Of a stretch of 64,000 bases of DNA, positions 13,817-25,300 are shown piece by piece. How positions within the stretch are numbered: the first letter of the stretch is position 1; each line of letters starts with the position of its first letter. This DNA is from Squalus acanthias (Eukaryota), in contig CM059426.1 of NCBI GenBank assembly GCA_030390025.1, positions 173,910,001-173,974,000 on the forward strand. The letters run 5' to 3'. Made by a program: the position numbers and the translations under genes. A model generated the notes under the pieces. That model had not been told where the DNA came from, did no database searches, and saw nothing but the letters and a program-made list of their open reading frames with translations.

Positions 13817-14194
13817 GTGTTGACCCAAATCCTCTTTCAGTCAAAGAGTTACACTTCTAGGGAAAATGTTGGCAGTTTCTATGGAGTCATTTTCCTAACG
13901 GCACTGTGATTGACTGTCATTAGCAAGCCAGCATTAGTCCCCCATTTCCTAGCTTGTACAGTCAGCATGACTGCATCATGGATTGTTCTCTTGAATTCAC
14001 TATAAATGGATGTTAGTTTCATGCAAAAGAGTTTTCAGACATTTGGAACATACTAAATGAATTGGAAAATTAATTATAAAATTATTCCACTGCACATTAG
14101 GTCAATTATTTTTTCCTGAACATCTAATGACTTTCAGAAAGCAGTACCATGTGTTCGATTGCAATTATATCTTTGATAATATCTTTTGTTGCAG

Positions 14195-14450
14195 CTTAAA
14201 GAATTGCACCCAGAAGGCAAATCCGCTAGAACCTTGGTGCAACCCCCAACCTCCACCTGACGATACATGTTACGCCTATGACAACAGAAAATGCCTGTAC
14301 CGTAAAATCAACTTGGGAGATGGCAAACAAGTGAATACTGTCCTGAATCCTGAATGCCTCAAACATGAAGATAAGCACTGGATTCCAGAACCTACACTGC
14401 CACCTGTTGCAACAACACAAGATTTGGCATCTATGTCAGATGCTCCGTAG
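14195..14450 (+). CDS. JCHAIN: Immunoglobulin J chain, exon 4 (last coding exon)
   Basis: Acceptor cttttgttgcag, phase 2. Reads LKNCTQKANPLEPWCNPQPPPDDTCYAYDNRKC...VNTVLNPEC...SDAP-stop, matching human CKKC...ETCYTYDRNKC...VETALTPDAC. Confidence 0.93.
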
Positions 14451-14583
14451 ATTGCTCTAAAGATCATACAAATAATTGCACCTGTTTCTTTATGGCATTT
14501 TAGCTTTGGCATTTAGCCCTACTGACCTTTTGCCTTCTTCAAGCAGACCATAAAACGCTTCATAGCTTCAACTCTTGTTTCAT

Positions 14584-14589
14584 AATAAA
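14584..14589 (+). terminator. Probable JCHAIN polyadenylation signal
   Basis: First AATAAA after the stop codon (about 133 nt downstream), followed by T/GT-rich sequence. Confidence 0.6.
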
Positions 14590-15039
14590 CACTGTTCTCT
14601 ATATTATGGTGTCATTTGTAAATGTGTCACTGTTTGCTTCACTTCATGGTGAGAAACAAAATGGAGACAATGGGAAAACATGGCACGCTAGTGCTCAATA
14701 CCTGTTTTGTAGAAATGCACAAACTGCAACTGTTAAAATATAAAAAACATAGGAAAGCATGGAACAGGAAAAGACTATTTGGTCCATCAAACCAGTTTCC
14801 TCCACTGGCCATGTACAATTCTTTCTTTCATGAACTCTATCCAAACCATTTAAACTGCCTGATGATGGGTCCTGCATATTTTCACCTTCTTCTCCACCAA
14901 ACGTAATTCAAGTCAAATATCGATATAACTTTGCATCCTACATTATGCACCTTAACGTGACATCGACATGGACCGAGCAGGTCAGCACCACTATGTTCCT
15001 CGCCGCACTAAATTTACTCTCGCTGCACTTATCCTTAGA

Positions 15040-16225
15040 ACTCTCAATTCTACTTCTAAATAAGATGAAGGTGGAGAGAGATGTAACAAGATGGAAGGGT
15101 TTAAGAAGAGAATTCAGGAGTGCAGAGCCATGATGCCTGAAGATGATACAGAGAAAGATGGGGAGGACACACAGTAGGCCAGAGTCTGAAAAACAGAGGT
15201 CACAAGTTAAGAGATAGGACTAGAGGAGATTGAAAAGGTAGGGTAGGACAAGGCCGTGGAGGGATTTATAAAAGACATAGAGGATTTTGAAATCAATGCT
15301 TTGAAGACAGGGAACCATTGGTGATCAGCACAGACAGGAGTGACAGATGAGTGGGTGTCAGTACTGGATAGGATGTGAGTGACGACATTTTTGACGAGTT
15401 AGAGTGAAGCACAGAAGACCAGTGAGGGGAGAGTGTTGAGGTAGCAGGGCATGGTTGAGAATTTCAGCAACGAGATGGGAACGGAGGCTGGTAATATATT
15501 AGAGGTTGGAGATAGATGATTTTGGTGATTGATAGGATATCAGAATTGCAACTCAGCTCATGATCAACCAGGTCTCTGTTCGCATGTGTTCAGCCTGACC
15601 GAGCAGTTTGAGGGGGTGGAATTGGGGTGAGGGTGCAGGAGCCAAAACAAGATGGTTTTTCCAATGTTGGATTGGAGAAAGCTGTGGCTCATCTTCGATT
15701 TGATGTCAGGCAAGCATTCAGACAGCACAGTACACTATCAAGGGTCGTCAGAGAGGTAAGACTGGATGTTGTCAACATGCATATGGTTGATGTCACTGAG
15801 GGGCAACATCTAGACAAAGAATTAGAGCAGGCCATGGGTGGAAGCTTGTGGAAAACCAGTGGTGATGATGTGGGAGAAGAGGTTATTGTAGGAAATGTGC
15901 TGGTTACATGTTGACAGGTAGGAGTGGAACTGTGCGCAGGGGGTACCATGGAGAAATGCAGTAGCGGACAATGGAGTGAATGACAATATTGAAGGGTACA
16001 GAGAGATCAAAAAGATCAAGGAGAGATAATGGGTCATGGTTGCAAAGAAAGGATGCCATTAGTGACATTTACCAGGGCAGTCTCAATGCTGTGGGGTGAT
16101 GGGAACAACAACAACAACTAATTGCATTTATATGGCACCTTTAATGAAGTAAAATGTCCCAAGGCACTTCACAGGAGCATTATCAAACAAAGTTTGACAT
16201 CAAGCCACATAAGGAGATATTAGGT
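15040..16225 (-). mobile_element. Old L2-like LINE relics
   Basis: Purine-rich + strand typical of antisense L2; L2/SINE-type 3' tail aacaacaac...ttgcatttatatggcaccttt at about 16105-16225. Heavily decayed. Confidence 0.45.
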
Positions 16226-16480
16226 CACCACCACCATCAATATCCTGGGGGTCACCATTGACCAGAAACTTAACTGGACCAGCCATATAAATACTGTGGC
16301 AACTAGAGCAGGTCAGAGGTTGGGTGTTCTGCAGTGAGTGTCTCACCTCCTGACTCCTCAAAGCCTTTCCACCATCTACAAAGCACAAGTCAGGAGTGTG
16401 ATGGAATACTCTCCACTTGCCTGGATGAGTGCAGCTCCAACAACACTCAAGAAGCTCGACACCATCCAGGACAAAAGGCA
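16225..16480 (+). mobile_element. Fragment of the second LINE family (RT C-terminus)
   Basis: caccatcaatatcctgggggtcaccattgaccagaaactt matches 63960-64000 and 34215-34260. Confidence 0.75.
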
Positions 16481-17351
16481 GTCGGCAAGATGAGCAAGCT
16501 GTTGAGAAGATTGGGGGATGAGAGTGGGCTTTCTTTTTTTTTCCTGTGTTCAAAGATCACTTACACACATTTTGTGAAGTCACTGTATTGTTTTACACAG
16601 CATTCACAGGAGAATAAGGTGACACATTGAAGTTGTTGGCACAATTAAGAGTAAGCTGGATACACTTTGGGATGTTCAGCAAAATGTGCTGGCATGCCTC
16701 AGGTTCAACTGAGTCAGCCATTCAGGGTCCTGTCTGCACAGCGGAACTCACAGGCCTTGATCACTGCCCAATGAGGAGCTTACACTGCCCAGTCAATGTT
16801 CCTATTGACCCATTCTAAAGACAGCCAGGGTGTATCGATGGAGTTAAAAACAGAAAATGCTGGGAATACTCAGCAAGCCGGCACAGGCTCGATGGGCCGA
16901 ATGACTTCCTTCTGTGCTGTAACCATTCTATGATTCTAAGTCCAGCAGCATCTGTGGAGAAAGTTAACGGCCTCGCTTTAAACCCCTCCTCTGACGTTGG
17001 GCGGGAGGGGGGGCTAAAATATCGGGATCGTGCAACCTGACCCCATTCCCTTTGGTTTAAATTTTTACTGACCCAAATCAGTCCGTCGACAAGGTTCCCG
17101 CAAAAGGCAGACGGGGGCCTAATTAACATTCAAAAGCCGCGGCCCAATGACATCATCGGCGCAGCACCTTAAATTTAACTGCAGGTCGGGGAAGGCCACG
17201 CTGCCGGCCGGCAGACCCAAGAGGGGAGCCGCCAACTGCCCTAAGGTAAGTGCTGAAGATCACCTCCTTTTAGCACCGCTTGTGCACCAGGAGGATCAGG
17301 ACTGCTTTCCCCCCACCGCTCCCCCAGGCCTCAAAAGAAAGCCTTTGGCAT

Positions 17352-20300
17352 CCCAACCCAATCACTGCCCGGACCATCTCCCCCCCCCCCACAACCCAAT
17401 CACTGCCCGGACCATCTCCCCCCCCCCACAACCCAATCACTGCCCGGACCATCTCCCCCCCCCCACAACCCAATCACTGCCCGGACCATCTCCCCCCCCC
17501 CACAACCCAATCACTGCCCGGACCATCTCCCCCCCCCCCACAACCCAATCACTGCCCGGACCATCTCCCCCCCCCCACAACCCAATCACTGCCCGGACCA
17601 TCTCCCCCCCCACCCCCCCAACCCAATCACTGCCCGGACCATCTCCCCTCTCCCCCCCCAACCCAATCACTGCCCGGACCATCTCCCCTCCCCCCCCCCA
17701 ACCCAATCACTGCCCGGACCATCTCCCCTCCCCCCCCAACCCAATCACTGCCCGGACCATCTCCCCTCCCCCCCCCAACCCAATCACTGCCCGGACCATC
17801 TCCCCACCCCCCCCCAACCCAATCACTGCCCGGACCATCTCCCCTCCCCCCCCCAACCCAATCACTGCCCGGACCATCTCCCCTCCCCCCCCAACCCAAT
17901 CACTGCCCGGACCATCTCCCCTCCCCCCCCCAACCCAATCACTGCCCGGACCATCTCCCCTCCCCCCCCCCAACCCAATCACTGCCCGGACCATCTCCCC
18001 TCCCCCCCCCAACCCAATCACTGCCCGGACCATCTCCCCTCCCCCACCCCCCAACCCAATCACTGCCCGGACCATCTCCCCACCCCCACCCCCCAACCCA
18101 ATCACTGCCCGGACCATCTCCCCTCCCCCCCCAACCCAATCACTGCCCGGACCATCTCCCTCTCCCACCCCCAACCCAATCACTGCCCGGACCATCTCCC
18201 CTCCCCCCCCCAACCCAATCACTGCCCGGACCATCTCCCCTCCCCCCCCCCAACCCAATCACTGCCCGGACCATCTCCCCTCCCCCCCCAACCCAATCAC
18301 TGCCCGGACCATCTCCCCTCCCCCCCCCAACCCAATCACTGCCCGGACCATCTCCCCTCCCCCCCCCAACCCAATCACTGCCCGGACCATCTCCCCTCCC
18401 CCCCCCAACCCAATCACTGCCCGGACCATCTCCCCTCCCCCCCCAACCCAATCACTGCCCGGACCATCTCCCCTCCCCCCCCCAACCCAATCACTGCCCG
18501 GACCATCTCCCCTCCCCCCCCCAACCCAATCACTGCCCGGACCATCTCCCCTCCCCCCCCCAACCCAATCACTGCCCGGACCATCTCCCCACCCCCACCC
18601 CCCCAACCCAATCACTGCCCGGACCATCTCCCCACCACCCCCCCCCCCAACCCAATCGCTGCCCGGACCATCTCCCCTCCCCCCCCCAACCCAATCACTG
18701 CCCGGACCATCTCCCCTCCCCCCCCCAACCCAATCACTGCCCGGACCATCTCCCCTCCCCCCACAACCCAATCACTGCCCGGACCATCTCCCCTCCCCCC
18801 CCAACCCAATCACTGCCCAGACCATCTCCCCTCCCCCCCCCAACCCAATCACTGCCCGGACCATCTCCCCTCCCCCCCCAACCCAATCACTGCCCGGACC
18901 ATCTCCCCTCCCCCCCCCAACCCAATCACTGCCCGGACCATCTCCCCTCCCCCCCCAACCCAATCACTGCCCGGACCATCTCCCCTCCACCCCCCAACCC
19001 AATCACTGCCCGGACCATCTCCCCTCCCCCCCCCCAACCCAATCACTGCCCGGTCCATCTCCCCCCCCCCCCGCAACCCAATCACTGCCCGGACCATCTC
19101 CCCACCCCCCACCCCCCCAACCCAATCACTGCCCGGACCATCTCCCCACCCCCCCCAACCCAATCACTGCCCGGACCATCTCCCCACCCCCCACCCCCCC
19201 AACCCAATCACTGCCCGGACCATCTCCCCACCCCCCACCCCCCCAACCCAATCACTGCCCGGACCATCTCCCCTCCCCCCCCCCAACCCAATCACTGCCC
19301 GGTCCATCTCCCCCCCCCCCCCGCAACCCAATCACTGCCCGGACCATCTCCCCTCCCCCCCCGCAACCCAATCACTGCCCGGACCATCTCCCCTCCCCCC
19401 CCCCAACCCAATCACTGCCCGGTCCATCTCCCCCCCCCCCCGCAACCCAATCACTGCCCGGACCATCTCCCCTCCCCCCCCGCAACCCAATCACTGCCCG
19501 GACCATCTCCCCTCGCCCCCCCAACCCAATCACTGCCCGGACCATCTCCCCTCGCCCCCCCCAACCCAATCACTGCCCGGACCATCTCCCCTCCCCCCCC
19601 AACCCAATCACTGCCCGGACCATCTCCCCTCCCCCCCCCCCAACCCAATCACTGCCCGGACCATCTCCCCTCCCCCCCCAACCCAATCACTGCCCGGTCC
19701 ATCTCCCCCCCCCCCCCGCAACCCAATCACTGCCCGGACCATCTCCCCTCCCCCCCCGCAACCCAATCACTGCCCGGACCATCTCCCCTCGCCCCCCCAA
19801 CCCAATCACTGCCCGGACCATCTCCCCTCGCCCCCCCAACCCAATCACTGCCCGGACCATCTCCCCTCCCCCCCCAACCCAATCACTGCCCGGACCATCT
19901 CCCCTCCCCCCCCCCCCAACCCAATCACTGCCCGGACCATCTCCCCTCCCCCCCCAACCCAATCACTGCCCGGACCATCTCCCCTCCCCCCCCCCCAACC
20001 CAATCACTGCCCGGACCATCTCCCCTCCCCCCCCCAACCCAATCACTGCCCGGACCATCTCCCCTCCCCCCCCCCAACCCAATCACTGCCCGGACCATCT
20101 CCCCTCCCCCCCCCAACCCAATCACTGCCCGGACCATCTCCCCTCCCCCCCCCCAACCCAATCACTGCCCGGACCATCTCCCCTTCCCCCCCCAACCCAA
20201 TCACTGCCCGGACCATCTCCCCTCCCCCCCCAACCCAATCACTGCCCGGACCATCTCCCCTCCCCCCCCAACCCAATCACTGCCCGGACCATCTCCCCTC

Positions 20301-22372
20301 CCCCCCCCCAACCCAATCACTGCCCGGACCATCTCCCCACCACCCCCCCCCCCCCCCCCAACCCAATCACTGCCCGGACCATCTCCCCACCACCCCCCCC
20401 CCCCCCCAACCCAATCACTGCCCGGACCATCTCCCCTCCCCCCCCCAACCCAATCACTGCCCGGACCATCTCCCCTCCCCCCACAACCCAATCACTGCCC
20501 GGACCATCTCCCCTCCCCCCCCCCAACCCAATCACTGCCCGGACCATCTCCCCTAACCCCCCCCCCCCACCCAATCACTGCCCGGACCATCTCCCCCCCC
20601 CCCGCAACCCAATCACTGCCCGGACCATCTCCCCTCCCCCCCCCAACCCAATCACTGCCCGGACCATCTCCCCTCCCCCCCCCAACCCAATCACTGCCCG
20701 GACCATCTCCCCACCCCCCCCCCCCAACCCAATCACTGCCCGGACCATCTCCCCTCCCCCCCCGAACCCAATCACTGCCCGGACCATCTCCCCTCCCCCC
20801 CCAACCCAATCACTGCCCGGACCATCTCCCCTCCCCCCCCCAACCCAATCACTGCCCGGACCATCTCCCCTCCCCCCACCCCAACCCAATCACTGCCCGG
20901 ACCATCTCCCCTCCCCCCCCCCAACCCAATCACTGCCCGGACCATCTCCCCTCCCCCCCCCAACCCAATCACTGCCCGGACCATCTCCCCTCCCCCCCCC
21001 AACCCAATCACTGCCCGGACCATCTCCCCTCCCCCCCCCCCAACCCAATCACTGCCCGGACCATCTCCCCTCCCCCCCCCCAACCCAATCACTGCCCGGA
21101 CCCTCACCCCTCCCCCCCCCAACCCAATCACTGCCCGGACCATCTCCCCTCCCCCCCCCAACCCAATCACTGCCCGGACCATCTCCCCTCCCCCCCCCAA
21201 CCCAATCACTGCCCGGACCATCTCCCCTCCCCCCCCCAACCCAATCACTGCCCGGACCATCTCCCCTCCCCCCCCCCCAACCCAATCACTGCCCGGACCA
21301 TCTCCCCTCCCCCCCCCAACCCAATCACTGCCCGGACCATCTCCCCTCCCCCCCCCAACCCAATCACTGCCCGGACCATCTCCCCTCCCCCCCCAACCCA
21401 ATCACTACCCGGACCATCTCCCCTCTCCCACCCCCCCACCCCGATCACTGCCCGGAGCATCTCCCCTCCCCCCCCCCCACCCCGATCACTGCCTTTGGAT
21501 CTCCCCTGCCCCCCCACCCCAATCACTGCCCGGACCATCTCCCCTCCCCCCCCCCCACCCCGATCACTGCCTTTGGATCTCCCCTGCCCCCCCACCCCGA
21601 TCACTGCCCGGACCATCTCCCCTTCCCCCCCCCCCCCCACCCCGATCACTGCCCAGAGCATCTCCCCTCCCCCACCAACCCCGCTCAATTCCCGGGGCAA
21701 CTGCCCCCTTCCCCCCCTCCAACCACGATCACTGCCCGGACCATCTCCCCTTCCCCCCCATCCCACCCCGATTACTGCCCGGACCATCTCCCCTCCCCCC
21801 CCCCCTCCCAGTCCGATCACTGCACGGACCATCTCCCCTCCCCCCCCCCCCCCACCCAGATCACTGCCTGCAGCATCTCTCCCCCCCCACCCCGATCACT
21901 GCCCGGAGCATCTGCCCCCCTCCCCCCCGATCACTGTCCGGAGCATCTGCCCCCCTCCCCCCCGATCACTGCACGGACCATCTCCCCTCCCCCCCCCCCC
22001 CCCCCCCCACCCCGATCACTGCCCGGAGCATCTGCCCCCCACCCCCCCAATCACTGTCCGCAGCATCTGCCCCCCTCCCCCCCGATCACTGCCTGGACCA
22101 TCTCCCCTCCCCCCCCGACCCCGATCACTGCCTTTGGATCTCCCCTCCCCCCCCCACCTCGATCACTGCTCGGAGCATCTCCCCTCCCCCCCCCCCCCAC
22201 CCCGATCACTGCCTGGAACATTGCCCCCCTCCCCCGGTCACTGCCCGGGGCATCTGCCCCCCTCCCCCAGCCCCCATTACTGCCCGGAGTTACTACCTCC
22301 CCCCGGCCCCCCAGCAATCACTGCCCAGAGCTTTTGCCTCCCCCCAGCCCTACAGCTCCAATCACTGCTGAG
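17352..22372. repeat. About 5-kb C-rich minisatellite, unit about 39 bp AACCCAATCACTGCCCGGACCATCTCCCCT(C)n
   Basis: Roughly 100 near-identical units to about 21420, differing mainly in C-run length, then diverged units. Confidence 0.97.
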
Positions 22373-22374
22373 GC

Positions 22375-25300
22375 CTAACCAATAATTTATAAAGTTCCAG
22401 CATGATCTCTTTGTTTTTATATTCTATTCCTCTATTTATAAACTGAGTAACCCATATGCTTTTTTAGCCACCTTATCAACTTGGCTTGCCACCTTTAAAG
22501 ATTTGCGTATATGGACGCCAAGGTCTCTCTGCTGATCTAGACTTTTCAAAACCATGCCATTTATAGTATACTGTCCTTTCCATTTTAGTCCTCCCGAAAT
22601 GCATCACTTCCATATTGAAGTTCATTTGCCATGCTTCTGCCCATTTCACCATCCTGTCTGTGTCATCATGAAACTTGTAACTATCCTCATCACTATCTAT
22701 TACTTTGCCAAGTTTGGTATCATCTGCAAACTTTAAAATGCTGCTCCCTACACCCGAGACTAGGTCATTTATAAAAATTGAAAAGAGTAATGGACCCAAA
22801 ACTGACCCTTGGAGACCACCACTGCAAACCACCTCCCAGTCTGAAAAACATCCATCACCACCACCCTCTGCTTCCTGTCACTGAGCCAATTCCGTATCCA
22901 TACTGCCACTTTCCCCTTAATTCCATGGGCTTCCATCTTCTTAATAAGCCTCCTGTGTGGCACTTTGTCGAATGCCTTCCGAAATCCATATATGTATAGA
23001 GTCATAGAGTTATACAGCACAGAAAGAGGCCCTTTGGCCCATCGTGTCCACGCCGGCCATCAAGCCCTGTCTATTCTAATCCCATTTTCCAGCACTTGGT
23101 CCGTAGCCTTGTATGCTATGGCGTTTCAAGTGCTCATCTAAATGCTTCTTGAATGTTGTGAGGGTTTCTGCCTCTACCACCCTTTCAGGCAGTGAGTTCC
23201 AGATTCCAACCACCCTTTGGGTGAAAAAGTTTTTCCTTAAATCCCCTCTAAACCTCCTGCCCCTTACCTTGAAACTATGGCCCCTGGTTATTGACCCCTC
23301 TAGTAAGGGGAAAAGTTCCTTTCTATCTGCCCTATCTATGCCCCTCATAATTTTGTACACCTCAATCAGGTCCCCCCTCAGCCTTCTCTGCTCTAAGGAA
23401 AACAACCCCAGCCTGTCCAGTCTCTCTTCATAGCTGAAGCGCTGCAGCCCAGGTAACATCCTGGTGAATCTCCTCTGCACCCTCTCCAATGCAATCACAT
23501 CCCTCCTATAGTGTGGCGACCAGAACTGCACACAGTATTCCAGCTGTGGCCTAACTAGCGTTTTGTACAACTCCATCATAACCTCCCTGCTCTTATATTC
23601 TATGCCTCGGCTAATGAAGGCAAGTATCCCATATGCCTTTTTAACCACCTTATCTACCTGTCCTGCTGCCTTCAGGGATCTATGTACATGCACACCAAGG
23701 TCCCTCGGATCCTCTGTCCTTCCTAGGGTCCTACCATTCATTGTGTATTCCCTTGCCTTGTTAGTCCTCCCAAAATGCATCACCTCACACTTTTCAGGGT
23801 TAAATTCCATTTGCCACTATTCTGCCCATCTGACCAACCCGTCTATATCATCCTGTAGCCTGAGGCTTCCCTCCGCGCTATTTACCACCCCACCAATTTT
23901 CGTGTCATCTGCGAACTTACTGATCATACCTCCTACATTCATATCTAAATCATTAATGTACACTACAAACAGCAAAGGACCCAGCACCGATCCCTGTGGT
24001 ACACCACTGGACACAGGCTTCCAGTCACAAAAACAACCTTCGACCATTACCCTCTGCCTCCTGCCACTAAGCCAATTTTGGATCCAATGTGCCAAGTTGC
24101 CCTGGATCCCATGGGCTCTTACCTTCTTGACCAGTCTCCCATGCGGGACTTTGTCAAAAGCCTTACTGAAGTCCATGTGGACCACATCAATTGCACTACC
24201 CTCATCCACACACCTAGTCACCCCCTCGAAAAATTCAATCTATTATACTACCTTGCTCAACCTTCTATGTTACCTCAAGTTAGTCAGACACGATTTGCCT
24301 TTAAGAAATCCATGCTGGCTCTCCTTGATTAACCCATTCCTTTCCAAATTAAAGTTTATTTTGTCCTTGGTAATGGTTTCCAATAACTTCCCCACCACCG
24401 AAGTTAGGCTGACTGGCCTGTAGTTTCCAAGTTTATCCCTCTCCCCTTTCTTGAATAGTGGTATAACATTAGCAACCCTCCAGTCCTCCAGTATGACTCC
24501 TGCATCCAATGAGGATTACATAAGAGCATAAGAATTAGGAGCAGGTGTAGGCCATACGGCCCCTCGAGCCTGCTCCGCCATTCAGTAAGATCATGGCTGA
24601 TCTTTGACCTCAACTCCACTTTCCAACCCGATCCCCATATCCCTTGATTCCCCTAGAGTCCAAAAATCTATCTCTCTCAGCCTTGAATATACTCAACAAC
24701 TCAGCTTCTACAACCCTTTGGGGTAAAGAATTCCAAAAATTCACAACACTCTGAGTGAAGAAATTCCTCCTCATCTCAGTCTTAAATGGCCTACCCCTTA
24801 TCCTGAGACTATGCCCCCTAGTTCTAGACTCTCCAGCCAGGGGAATCAACCTCTCAGCGTCTACCCTGTCAATCCCCCTCAGAATTTTATATGGTTCAAT
24901 GAGATCACCTCTCATTCTTCTAAACGCCAGAGAGTATAGGCCCAATCTACTCAATCTCTCCTCACAGGACAACCCTCTCATCCCAGGAATCAATCTAGTG
25001 AACCTTTGTTGCACCGCCTCCAAGGCAAGTATGTCCTTCCTCAGATAAGGAGACCAAAACTGTGCACAGTACTCCAGGTGTGGTCTCACCAAAATTGAAA
25101 GATTGTGACCAATGTCCCTGCTATTTCTACCTTTGCTTCTTTTAGCAACCCAGGATGCATTTCAACAGGACCAGGTGACTTACCAACTTTGAGTAATGCT
25201 AATTTTTTTAGTACGTCTTTTCTATCTATTACTATCCTGTCCATAACTTCCCTCTCCTCTTTTAGTGTAATCTTCACAACATCTGCTTCCTTTGTGAAGA

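Noticed and set aside
14127-14194. N-terminal part of the 107-aa ORF
   Set aside because: Intronic polypyrimidine/acceptor sequence; J-chain homology starts at 14195.
17352-21420. CRISPR-like regular repeat
   Set aside because: The apparent spacers are just poly-C runs, there are no cas genes, and the context is eukaryotic.
17147-22385. 1743-aa and 1701-aa proline-rich ORFs (extensin/formin-like)
   Set aside because: The repeat unit has no stop in any + frame, and C-run length changes swap frames at random. This is a minisatellite artefact, not a selected protein.
23563-24423. 286-aa ORF and similar ORFs antisense to CR1 RT
   Set aside because: Antisense shadows of LINE coding sequence.
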